Virus record (IMG/VR): IMGVR_UViG_3300032285_000409
Span: 1-63,836 of that record
Length of the DNA: 63,836 nucleotides
Direction: 5' to 3' (one strand)
DNA from: a virus
Lineage: Duplodnaviria > Caudoviricetes
A program made the position numbers and the translations under genes. The notes beneath the pieces were generated by a model, which was not told where the DNA came from, did not search any database, and saw nothing but the letters and a program-made list of their open reading frames with translations. The stretch's first letter is position 1. Every line of letters begins with the position of its first letter. Positions 56,191-63,836 of this stretch are shown one piece after another.

Positions 56191-57342
56191 ATGAACAAAC
56201 ATTCAATGCTTTACAAAACCCTAGCGCGTGCCTTGTCCATCAAGCGCCCGCATAACTCCATCGGTACGCAAGAGCTAACCGCTTGGCTCATCAACAACGT
56301 ACCCAAGACACTACGCACCAAACCTTTGGTCGATGCCGCTGGCAATCTGCATATCGATGCACGACAAGGCAAGCACAACAGGACTCTCTTTGTCGCTCAC
56401 GTTGACACGGTGCACCGCATCGCTGGCCCCAACAAGATACGCAAGACCAACACCATGTGGTATGCCCACGCTGACGCGCCTCTCGGTGCAGATGACGGTG
56501 CTGGCGTCGCCATGCTTATGCACTTGCTTCACGGCGGGGTACCCGGGTACTACATCTTCACGCAAGGCGAGGAGTGTGGCGGCATTGGTGCTACGCACGT
56601 TGCCGAGCACAAGAAGAAGCTACTCAAAGAGTTCGACCGTGCCATCGCGTTCGACCGTCGTGGTATCGACAGTGTGATTACTCACCAAGGGTATGGCCGC
56701 TGCTGCTCCGACAAGTTTGCGCAGTCACTCGCTGACCAGCTTAACGACGACATGACGCTCATGTATATGCCCGACGACACAGGTGTGTACACAGATACCG
56801 CAGAGTTCACTGACATCATCCCCGAGTGCACCAACATCAGCGTAGGCTACTACTCTGAGCACACAGTCAACGAGAAGCTCGACATCATCCACCTCCAGCA
56901 GTTAGCCAACCGCTGCCTGCTCATTGACTGGGACAACCTGCCAACCGACCGCGACCCTTCTGTGCACGAGAGCAAATGGCACAAGTCGTGGGGTTCGTGG
57001 GACTACGCGTCCCACGATGACAAGACATGGGACAAGGGCTGGCAAGACAAGATGTGGACGACCAGTGTCAATAACTCTTTTGACCCTTACGCAGACGATG
57101 ACGAGTACGACCGCGAGGTTTTGCGTGAAGCCATCTACGATGCGCAAGCTGGCTTCATGGATTACCTGATTGAACTCATGTGCGACTCGGTGTATCCTGA
57201 AGACCCAGACCTAGCACGCAAGTTTATCAATCCGAAGGACTTGACCGAGGAACTACTCACGCAAGCGATGGAGTGGTCAGACACCTATGACGTTGACACT
57301 GTGTTGTCTTCGCTCTTTGACGCATCGCACATCGAGGCTTAA
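56191..57342 (+). CDS. M28/M20-clan zinc peptidase
   Basis: AHVDTV, GADDGAG, GEECGGIG, FDRRG, GYYSEH motifs. Confidence 0.85.
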   Translation: MNKHSMLYKTLARALSIKRPHNSIGTQELTAWLINNVPKTLRTKPLVDAAGNLHIDARQGKHNRTLFVAHVDTVHRIAGPNKIRKTNTMWYAHADAPLGADDGAGVAMLMHLLHGGVPGYYIFTQGEECGGIGATHVAEHKKKLLKEFDRAIAFDRRGIDSVITHQGYGRCCSDKFAQSLADQLNDDMTLMYMPDDTGVYTDTAEFTDIIPECTNISVGYYSEHTVNEKLDIIHLQQLANRCLLIDWDNLPTDRDPSVHESKWHKSWGSWDYASHDDKTWDKGWQDKMWTTSVNNSFDPYADDDEYDREVLREAIYDAQAGFMDYLIELMCDSVYPEDPDLARKFINPKDLTEELLTQAMEWSDTYDVDTVLSSLFDASHIEA

Positions 57343-57403
57343 TGAATACCGTGGCCCCTGCGGTTCAGGGGTAATTTATGTTCGTAACTGAAGGAGAAAG
57401 AAA

Positions 57404-58372
57404 ATGGCTCACGAAATTAGCTTTAACAATGGCGTCGCTCAATACGCATCCACCCAGCGCGAGTGGCATGGCCTTGGTCAGATGATGACCGCAGGTGCAT
57501 CCATCGAGGATTGGCAGAAGCAAGCAGGCATGGACTACCGTATCCAGCGCAGTGTCATCCGCTACGCCACGGAGAGAAACCTCTCTGACGCATCCGCGTT
57601 CCGCACAGTCAACGACAAGCACGTCTTGTTCCGCTCTGATACAGGCGATGCACTGGGTGTTGTCAGCGAATCGTACAAGGTGGTGCAGCCTGCCGATGTG
57701 CTGGAGTTCTTCCGCGAGTGGGCAGACCAAGGCGGCTTGACGCTGGAGTCTGCGGGTGTCCTGTTCGGTGGTCGCCGTTACTTCGCCACGGCCAAGCTGT
57801 GCGATGCCGTTGCCATCGACGGTGCTAAAGACAGAGTGGTGCCCTATGCGCTGCTCTCAACCTCGGCTGACGGTTCGCTGGCAACTGAGTGCAGGTGGAC
57901 AACGGTGCGCACGGTGTGCAACAACACGCTGACGATGGCGCGTAAGGGCGAGGCTACCTACAAGGTGTCGCATCGCTCTGTGTTCAAGCCCGAGGATGCC
58001 AAGGCTGCGGTGGAAGCTGCGCATGAGGAGTTCGGTGCGTTCATGACGATGGCGCGTGACCTTGCCAACATCAAGATGGAGCGTGAGCGTGCTGAGTCTC
58101 TGACCGTGGCGCTGTTGATGAAGTCGAGTGAAGAGGTGGCGCGTGAGAGTGCTGCGTTCACACGCATCATGGACTTGTTCAATGGCGCAGCTAAAGGCTC
58201 ATCGTTCGAGACCGCACACGACACGGCATGGGGTTGGCTCAACAGCGTGACCGAGTACGCTGACCACCACGTACGTGCACGTAGCGACGAGAACCGCAAG
58301 GCATCCGCACTGTGGGGGCCGGGCGATACACTCAAGAACAAAGCGCTCGAGTTGGCGCTGGCACAGGCTTAA
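57404..58372 (+). CDS. DUF932-family protein
   Basis: WHGLG, LGVVS..Y..VQ, ESAG.L.GG, VRTVCNNT, TAWG..N.VTEY.DH. Confidence 0.85.
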   Translation: MAHEISFNNGVAQYASTQREWHGLGQMMTAGASIEDWQKQAGMDYRIQRSVIRYATERNLSDASAFRTVNDKHVLFRSDTGDALGVVSESYKVVQPADVLEFFREWADQGGLTLESAGVLFGGRRYFATAKLCDAVAIDGAKDRVVPYALLSTSADGSLATECRWTTVRTVCNNTLTMARKGEATYKVSHRSVFKPEDAKAAVEAAHEEFGAFMTMARDLANIKMERERAESLTVALLMKSSEEVARESAAFTRIMDLFNGAAKGSSFETAHDTAWGWLNSVTEYADHHVRARSDENRKASALWGPGDTLKNKALELALAQA

Positions 58373-58411
58373 TTAACAGGGGGCTTCGGCCCCCACAACT
58401 AGGAGAAAGTG

Positions 58412-58573
58412 ATGGACATGGGACAAATCAAACGCTGGTTCATGGAGAACGTCGACGATGACTTTGATGCCGTTGAGGAGGAGATGTCACGCGTTGCCGA
58501 GGAGATGGTCGATGCCGAGTTCGACCGCATAGCAGAGGAGAAAGCAGATGCTAAATCTAAGAGAGAAAGTTGA
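58412..58573 (+). CDS. Small highly acidic protein (53 aa, not in ORF track)
   Basis: MDMGQIKRWFMENVDDDFDAVEEEMSRVAEEMVDAEFDRIAEEKADAKSKRES; RBS present. Confidence 0.55.
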   Translation: MDMGQIKRWFMENVDDDFDAVEEEMSRVAEEMVDAEFDRIAEEKADAKSKRES

Positions 58574-58637
58574 ACGGTTGGTGTTTCTACTGGGCATGGT
58601 CGTGCTTGCGCTCGACCTGTTCTATTGGAGACCTTAA
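58548..58637 (+). CDS. 29-aa single-TM peptide (not in ORF track)
   Basis: MLNLREKVERLVFLLGMVVLALDLFYWRP; RBS GAGGAGAAAGCAG-ATG. Confidence 0.6.
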   Translation: MLNLREKVERLVFLLGMVVLALDLFYWRP

Positions 58638-58642
58638 TTTTA

Positions 58643-58681
58643 TGTCCAACGCTTGACAGACCTCGGTCTGTCGAGTAATCT
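58643..58681 (+). promoter_or_regulatory. Promoter TTGACA-N17-TAATCT with operator TGTCCAACGCTTGACA over the -35
   Basis: Near-consensus hexamers at 58653 and 58676. Confidence 0.7.
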
Positions 58682-58702
58682 AGCAACTCTAGGAGAAAGT
58701 AA

Positions 58703-58861
58703 ATGAACACAAATGCACTGCGCCACGTGCGCCAGCTATGGAACGTAGCCTACGTTCCTCGTGAAATCAACCGTGCCAACCAACTTAAGTGGGTGCGCTC
58801 CGTGCGCCTGCTCGGGGACAAGTGGCTACTTGCACAGTACGTTCAAAAACTGGAGCACTGA
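58703..58861 (+). CDS. Hypothetical protein (52 aa, not in ORF track)
   Basis: MNTNALRHVRQLW...KWVRSVRLLGDKWLLA; RBS AGGAGAAAGTAA-ATG. Confidence 0.65.
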   Translation: MNTNALRHVRQLWNVAYVPREINRANQLKWVRSVRLLGDKWLLAQYVQKLEH

Positions 58862-59044
58862 GTGTCTTACAAACGTGGGCGTGACATGCTCACCCCTGCC
58901 GAGGTAGAGCGACGTCTTTATGGCGCTCCTTTACCCGACATCAACCGACCACCACCGCTAACCAGCATAAGTGCTGGAGCCGCCGAAGCGCGTGCCACCC
59001 TTGAAAAACTAATGAAGGCTAATCAACCGAAGGAGGAAACTGAA

Positions 59045-59689
59045 ATGCCTGATATGCAGACCGCACTCTTGAGCGCTATTAGTAACTGGGACGATGAACC
59101 CAACCCACGACCAACCACGGAGAAAACCATGACACAACCCGCAGTACAACCCGCAGAGAAAAAACCCTTGTTCACCATCACAAACAACATCAGCCGCGAG
59201 ACATTCAACTGTGTGCGCGATAACCCCGGCTGCACCTACAAACAGATTGAAGGTGTCATCAAAGGCAAAGGACTCAACGTCAACTCAGTCTCGTCGCTGC
59301 TCTCGCAGATGTACAAGCAAGGCATGATTGCCAAGCAAGGCAAAGGCGGCAAAGCTACCTACTTCCCCCGCCTCAAAGAGTACGTGCCCATCAAAGCCAC
59401 AGCCACGCTGCGCAACATGGCGGCACGCCAAGCAGCCGCAGCCAACGGCATCGCCGCGCTCAAGCCCGCTACTAAAGCAAAGCCCTTGGGTGAGCAGCTA
59501 CGCGACAAGCTCGAGGAGAAACGCACAAGCCCACTTGCACACGGCGATGACGCAGCCGCGTACACACAAGCAAAACAGTCACGCATGGTGCTGCTCACCA
59601 CACAAACGCCACAACAGATTCTCTCAAGCCTCAACATCTTGCAAGCCCGCGCCTTGTACGACGAGTTGAAGAAAGTGTTTGGAGGTTGA
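59045..59689 (+). CDS. Winged-helix-like DNA-binding protein (start uncertain)
   Basis: F..VRDNPG.T..QI...G....SVSSLL.QM...G.I pattern; RBS AGGAGG. Confidence 0.55.
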   Translation: MPDMQTALLSAISNWDDEPNPRPTTEKTMTQPAVQPAEKKPLFTITNNISRETFNCVRDNPGCTYKQIEGVIKGKGLNVNSVSSLLSQMYKQGMIAKQGKGGKATYFPRLKEYVPIKATATLRNMAARQAAAANGIAALKPATKAKPLGEQLRDKLEEKRTSPLAHGDDAAAYTQAKQSRMVLLTTQTPQQILSSLNILQARALYDELKKVFGG

Positions 59690-59690
59690 T

Positions 59691-59933
59691 ATGAATGATC
59701 TTATCGAAGCAATTGCTGGCGTTATTTTTTGCTTGGCTGCGCTTGCCGTACCTGTGGCGGGCATCATCTGGCTGGTTGAGGTGTACGAAGAGAAGCAGTG
59801 CAACACCTACAGCCAAGTCACCGCCCGCGCTACCCAGTACCGCACAGGTATGTGCTACATCAAAGACGGCGGTGAATGGTACGCATGGAGCGAATACAAA
59901 AGCCGCAACGCAACGACAGGGGTGAAGCCATGA
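59691..59933 (+). CDS. Small membrane-anchored protein
   Basis: N-terminal hydrophobic helix followed by two Cys. Confidence 0.6.
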   Translation: MNDLIEAIAGVIFCLAALAVPVAGIIWLVEVYEEKQCNTYSQVTARATQYRTGMCYIKDGGEWYAWSEYKSRNATTGVKP

Positions 59934-60148
59934 TGGACTTAACAGTTATCGGTTCTGCGCACCTACTCGAAGAACCCAAAGGCGCTAACGGTGGAACCCC
60001 GCCAGTCATAGAGCAACCCGTAGCTTGGATTAGCAGGGAATCCCTGTGGCGATTGAAGCAAGGCGGCAACCATGCTGGTGTAGTCCCTGTCCATGCCAAG
60101 CGTAGCAACACATCGTACATAGCCCTGTATGTTAAGGAGGTCGCATGA
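59930..60148 (+). CDS. Hypothetical protein
   Basis: PVAW...LY motif common in phage accessory proteins; ATGA overlaps. Confidence 0.55.
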   Translation: MMDLTVIGSAHLLEEPKGANGGTPPVIEQPVAWISRESLWRLKQGGNHAGVVPVHAKRSNTSYIALYVKEVA

Positions 60149-60447
60149 CCGATGACCTTGTTTTACGTTTGAGAAAACGCGCAGAAATCCGCCGCCAAAT
60201 CGCAGACAGGAAGAGCGTGCAAGAGGGCAAGCCCGACCGCATATCCGACCTACTGGAAGAAGCTGCAAACGCACTGGAGCAAGCAGAAAAGCCTCAAGTT
60301 TGGGCTGGCGTTGACTTTGACATTAAAACTAAACCACAGCGTGAGTGGGTTGGGCTGACTGCTCAAGAAGCGGCTGATTGCTGGACAACTAGCGCAACAC
60401 AAACGTGGAAAAATTTTGAAGCCAAACTCAAGGAGAAGAACACATGA
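60145..60447 (+). CDS. Hypothetical protein
   Basis: RLRKRAEIRRQI..RKSVQEG.PDRI.DLLEEAA; WVGLT...EAKLKEKN. Confidence 0.65.
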   Translation: MTDDLVLRLRKRAEIRRQIADRKSVQEGKPDRISDLLEEAANALEQAEKPQVWAGVDFDIKTKPQREWVGLTAQEAADCWTTSATQTWKNFEAKLKEKNT

Positions 60448-60668
60448 AAATAAAAGCACTCATCCAACTGTTAAAAACCCTTGACCCTGAGATGGAAATC
60501 ATGCGGCATGGGTACGAGGGTGGTGTGGATAGCGTCACCCAAGTTGTTGTTGAACAGGTGGCTTTAGACGTCCATTTGGAGGAGTGGTACTACGGCAACC
60601 ACGAAGTCATTGACGAAGATGACAAATATCCCGGTAAGGAAATTATCAGCGCTGCAATTGTGTCTTAA
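60444..60668 (+). CDS. Hypothetical protein
   Basis: MK.K.LI..L..LDP....GYEGG. Confidence 0.65.
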   Translation: MKIKALIQLLKTLDPEMEIMRHGYEGGVDSVTQVVVEQVALDVHLEEWYYGNHEVIDEDDKYPGKEIISAAIVS

Positions 60669-60727
60669 ATGAAAAATATCCCGGTAAGTAAATTATCAAC
60701 ACCGCAGTTTTATTTTAAGGAGAACCC

Positions 60728-60964
60728 ATGAAAACAATTGTTCACGTTAACCAGCACGTCATCAAATCCAACCGGACAAATGGCGAGAACAACCCTGTGC
60801 TGACGGTCAAGACCTACAAGTCCAACACCTACGCGCATGAGGTTGTGATCCACGGCCCGAGCCGTATCATTTACAGCCCGGACAAGCCACTGTCTTGCGG
60901 TGCGCACGTTTGGATTGAGACCGAAGCCCCCGTCGAAACTTTCACAACAGAGGAAACTGTATGA
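60728..60964 (+). CDS. Conserved phage protein
   Basis: HVNQH.I..N, Y.PDKPLSCGA.VWIET. Confidence 0.7.
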   Translation: MKTIVHVNQHVIKSNRTNGENNPVLTVKTYKSNTYAHEVVIHGPSRIIYSPDKPLSCGAHVWIETEAPVETFTTEETV

Positions 60965-61158
60965 ACCCCTTATATGAACTGGAACAACCTTTATTGCAAG
61001 CCGCTACTATGCCGGACGATTTGCGCCTGCTGGTCAAGGTCAATGCTGCGCCGGAAGAGTATTTAGCTTTGGCCACGGTGTACGATATTAAGTTCACACA
61101 TTTGTGGGACTTGTTCGAAGAAGTCTTGCGCACAAAAAAGGAAAAGCCCGGTGTTTAA
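60961..61158 (+). CDS. Hypothetical protein
   Basis: Coupled ORF in the co-oriented run. Confidence 0.55.
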   Translation: MNPLYELEQPLLQAATMPDDLRLLVKVNAAPEEYLALATVYDIKFTHLWDLFEEVLRTKKEKPGV

Positions 61159-61429
61159 ATCACGCTACTGGCCCGGCACCAACATCCTCAAGAGTACGAA
61201 CAACGACTTCAACTGGCAGCAGCGGGAGTCAAAGTTGATGGAAGTCATGTCCGATCACATACAGCGTTCGCAAGCTGGCAAAGCAGGCGCAAAGACTCGA
61301 GCGGAGATTGGCGCAACTAGGGGTGAGCCTTACTACATGACGCCCTTGGAGAAGGCGTTTCAGAAAACCTTTACCACTTACAGCAAGGCAGTGCCCAGTG
61401 TGTTTAACGGCAAAGGTAAAAAGGTATGA
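61151..61429 (+). CDS. Hypothetical protein
   Basis: Coupled ORF in the co-oriented run. Confidence 0.55.
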   Translation: MFKSRYWPGTNILKSTNNDFNWQQRESKLMEVMSDHIQRSQAGKAGAKTRAEIGATRGEPYYMTPLEKAFQKTFTTYSKAVPSVFNGKGKKV

Positions 61430-61716
61430 CCACGCCAGAAGTTAAAGTAAAAAAGCAGATACGCAAGATACTCGATGAGCATGGCGCATACTACGCCATG
61501 CCTATCGGCACGGGCTACGGCAACTCAGGCGTGCCCGACTTCTTGGTCTGCTGTGGCGGTGAGTTCCTTGGTATCGAAGCTAAGGCAGGCAAGAACAAGC
61601 CCACGGCGCTGCAAGAGGCACACCTTCAGCGCATCAGGGATGCAGGGGGCAGGGCGCTTGTCATCAACGAAGACAACCTACACGAACTAACAGAGGTACT
61701 CAAATGGATGAAATAG
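61426..61716 (+). CDS. VRR-NUC nuclease (Holliday junction resolvase-like)
   Basis: PE..V, GVPD, IEAKA, T.LQ...L..I...GG. Confidence 0.88.
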   Translation: MTTPEVKVKKQIRKILDEHGAYYAMPIGTGYGNSGVPDFLVCCGGEFLGIEAKAGKNKPTALQEAHLQRIRDAGGRALVINEDNLHELTEVLKWMK

Positions 61717-62015
61717 ATTTACACGAGATGCGATCAGCATCAATGACCGAAGCCGAACTCGAGGCGCATATTGCCTCGATGTCAGTTGCCGAGAAGCAAC
61801 ACTTCAAGCTGCTGATCTGCACGCTGGCCCGATGCTATGGCGAGAAGCCTGAGTTTCAAGGGTTGGTCTTACTGGGTATACCCGAGAAGGCAGCATGCAG
61901 CGTGTTGTCTTTGAACTGTGAAGAAATGGAGGGAGCCAGAATGTTGCAAGCGGCCACTGATTTTTTCAGCTTTATCAATACCCAAGACGCACCCCCAAAG
62001 GAGATGTTTAATTGA
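61704..62015 (+). CDS. Hypothetical protein
   Basis: ORF between the nuclease and the polymerase. Confidence 0.6.
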   Translation: MDEIDLHEMRSASMTEAELEAHIASMSVAEKQHFKLLICTLARCYGEKPEFQGLVLLGIPEKAACSVLSLNCEEMEGARMLQAATDFFSFINTQDAPPKEMFN

Positions 62016-63836
62016 CCAGACCTTACGACCAAATAATGGCGGTGGATTTTGAAACTCGCTGGAGTAGCAAAGACTACACGCTGTCCAAAATGACAACCGA
62101 GGAGTACATACGTGACAACAGATTCAAAGCCTTCGGCGCTTGTGTCCATGTATACGGAAGCGACGAGCCAATTAGATGGGTTAGCGGACGAGAGCTACCT
62201 GAGTTCTTTTCTGGAATCGACTGGGGACGAACCGCAGTGCTTGCGCACAACGCACAGTTCGATGTATCCATTATGGAGTGGGTCTACGACGTACACCCCT
62301 GCTTCATCTTCGACTCGCTATCAATGGCACGAGCTTTACGGGGCGTGGAAGTTGGCAACAGTCTCGCCAGACTTGCAGCAGATTTCTCTCTACCCGCAAA
62401 GGGCACAGCGGTTTATTCAACTGATGGAGTTCACGAGTTGGAACCGGGAGTTGAACGAGAACTCGCTGAATACTGCAAGCATGATGTGTTTCTGTGCGAA
62501 GAGATATTCAAACGGTTGGCTGTTGCCTATCCATCGTCGGAACTCAGACTTATTGACATGACGCTGAAGATGTACACGCGGGCTTGCCTCGAGCTTGACA
62601 CCGCTATGTTATTCAAAGCACTGACCGAAGAAGGAGAACAACGTGAAGGACTTTTACAGAGGCTCGGCGTGGAGGAGGCTGAACTGGCTTCAAACCCGAA
62701 GTTTGCTGCCCTACTTCAATCGCTCGGGGTGGAACCCCCGAAGAAAACAAGTAAAACTACCGGGAAAGAAACACTCGCGCTGGCTAAAAACGACGCCCTC
62801 TTCCAAGCGCTCCTCAATGGTGAACGTGAAGACATTGCCATTCTTTGTCAAGCGCGTCTTCGGGTTAAATCTACCACCGAGCGTACTCGAGCACAGCGTT
62901 TCCTCGACATCAGCCAGCGTGGCCCACTCCCAGTTCCGCTTTCGTACTATGGTGCTAAGTCAGGGCGCTGGTCAGCGGCTAAAGGAAGTGCCATCAACAT
63001 GCAGAACCTCAAGCGAGGTAGCTTCCTGCGCAAAGCGATTATGGCTCCCGAAGACCATCAACTCGTCGTGGGGGATCTCTCACAGATTGAACCGCGAGTA
63101 CTCGCGTGGCTTTCGGATTACCACGAAATGCTCGACATCTTCCGGTCAGGCGCTGACCCTTACGCGGCGTTCGGTGCGCAGATGTTTAACATACCCGGAC
63201 TTAATAAGGAATCGCATCCCGATCTACGGCAGTCTGCGAAAAGTGCGCTCTTGGGCTGCGGTTATGGCCTCGGTTGGGCTTCGTTCGCGGCGCAACTACT
63301 CGTCGGCTTTCTTGGTGCGCCGCCCGTCAGATACGACAAAGCGTTTGCGAAGAAACTTGGCGTGGATGCAGCGTACGCTGATCGATTCTTAGAGTGGGAC
63401 GACAACGTCAAGAAGATGTTGGAGATTCCCCACACCTGTACGCAGAAAGAGTTGGTCACCCACTGCCTTGCAGCCAAGAAGATCATCGACATCTACCGCA
63501 GCACCGCGCACCCCGTGGTGGCCTTCTGGGACATGCTGGGTGGGCTGATCGAAACTTCTCTTGCGGGCGGCAAGGAGTTCGTGTATAAATGTCTTACCTT
63601 CAAAAAGGGGGAGATAGTGCTGCCTAATGGCATGTCACTGCTGTACCCCGACTTGCGTCAGCAGAAGGACGAGAACGGTAGGAGCCAGTGGGTATACGGG
63701 CCAGACGCTACCAAGCTGTACGCAGGCAAGGTCACGAACAACGTGGTGCAGGGCACTGCGCGGATTGTGATGACGGACGGGATGCTACGCACATCGAAGA
63801 AGTACTTCGTGGCGGGCACGGTGCATGACGAGCAGA
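62012..63836 (+). CDS. polA: Family A DNA polymerase with 3'-5' exonuclease (655 aa, ends at 266; absent from the ORF track)
   Basis: Translated by hand: VDFET, AHNAQFD, YCKHDV exonuclease motifs; DLSQIEPR motif A; RQSAKSALLGCGYG motif B. Confidence 0.93.
   Translation, partial: MTRPYDQIMAVDFETRWSSKDYTLSKMTTEEYIRDNRFKAFGACVHVYGSDEPIRWVSGRELPEFFSGIDWGRTAVLAHNAQFDVSIMEWVYDVHPCFIFDSLSMARALRGVEVGNSLARLAADFSLPAKGTAVYSTDGVHELEPGVERELAEYCKHDVFLCEEIFKRLAVAYPSSELRLIDMTLKMYTRACLELDTAMLFKALTEEGEQREGLLQRLGVEEAELASNPKFAALLQSLGVEPPKKTSKTTGKETLALAKNDALFQALLNGEREDIAILCQARLRVKSTTERTRAQRFLDISQRGPLPVPLSYYGAKSGRWSAAKGSAINMQNLKRGSFLRKAIMAPEDHQLVVGDLSQIEPRVLAWLSDYHEMLDIFRSGADPYAAFGAQMFNIPGLNKESHPDLRQSAKSALLGCGYGLGWASFAAQLLVGFLGAPPVRYDKAFAKKLGVDAAYADRFLEWDDNVKKMLEIPHTCTQKELVTHCLAAKKIIDIYRSTAHPVVAFWDMLGGLIETSLAGGKEFVYKCLTFKKGEIVLPNGMSLLYPDLRQQKDENGRSQWVYGPDATKLYAGKVTNNVVQGTARIVMTDGMLRTSKKYFVAGTVHDEQ
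63714..63836. repeat. Terminal direct repeat, identical to 1..123
   Basis: Direct comparison of both ends. Confidence 0.97.

Larger units (their letters stand above)
52159..57586. repeat. Dispersed 16-bp palindrome AGAGAGAA[TA][TC]CTCTCT, 5 copies (52159, 52764, 54092, 54715, 57571)
   Basis: Read directly; two copies are perfect palindromes. Confidence 0.85.

Noticed and set aside
52159-57586. Palindromes as N4-type hairpin promoters for a virion RNA polymerase
   Set aside because: No RNA polymerase motifs recognised in the giant protein or elsewhere
58560-58575. Sixth copy of the AGAGAGAA palindrome
   Set aside because: Only the left half-site (AGAGAGAAA) is present
62074-63588. Track ORFs 62112..62561, 62643..63392 and 63394..63588
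   Set aside because: Alternative-frame shadows of the polymerase, whose true frame runs off the window end

Overview
This window is a complete, circularly assembled genome (about 63.7 kb; bases 1-123 are identical to 63714-63836) of a tailed dsDNA phage with podovirus-like architecture. It has two arms. The + strand arm (51983 to the end, continuing through 1-8330) carries many small early genes, a Zn-ribbon protein plus M28 peptidase pair, a DUF932 protein, a VRR-NUC nuclease, a family A DNA polymerase split across the join, a Cas4-like nuclease, an HNH protein, an SNF2 helicase, an SSB-like protein, an HTH regulator and a primase/DUF927 helicase. The - strand arm (51514 to 8317) carries terminase, portal, a GroES-like co-chaperonin, scaffold, capsid, small basic proteins, adaptor and nozzle, two tail fibres, a lysis cassette and ejection proteins, including a 2894-aa polyvalent protein. 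I saw no integrase, tRNA, CRISPR array or reverse transcriptase. The most striking unannotated element is a roughly 86-nt + strand RNA at about 51595-51680, between the two arms, with its own sigma70-like promoter and intrinsic terminator. Its core (CATTTGCTTTCTCCTCGGTTG) is the reverse complement of a ribosome-binding-site-plus-ATG consensus shared by more than ten early/replication genes, making it a candidate multi-target translational silencer. Other non-coding signals are a 5-copy 16-bp palindrome, a 3-copy operator at promoters, a nested inverted-repeat origin candidate and a loop-E-type structured RNA. Protein-level signals include a recurring [FYML]xxGG motif across virion proteins and a possible T4 T/RI-like holin-antiholin pair. 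All product calls come from motif recognition and synteny by eye; no database searches were run.
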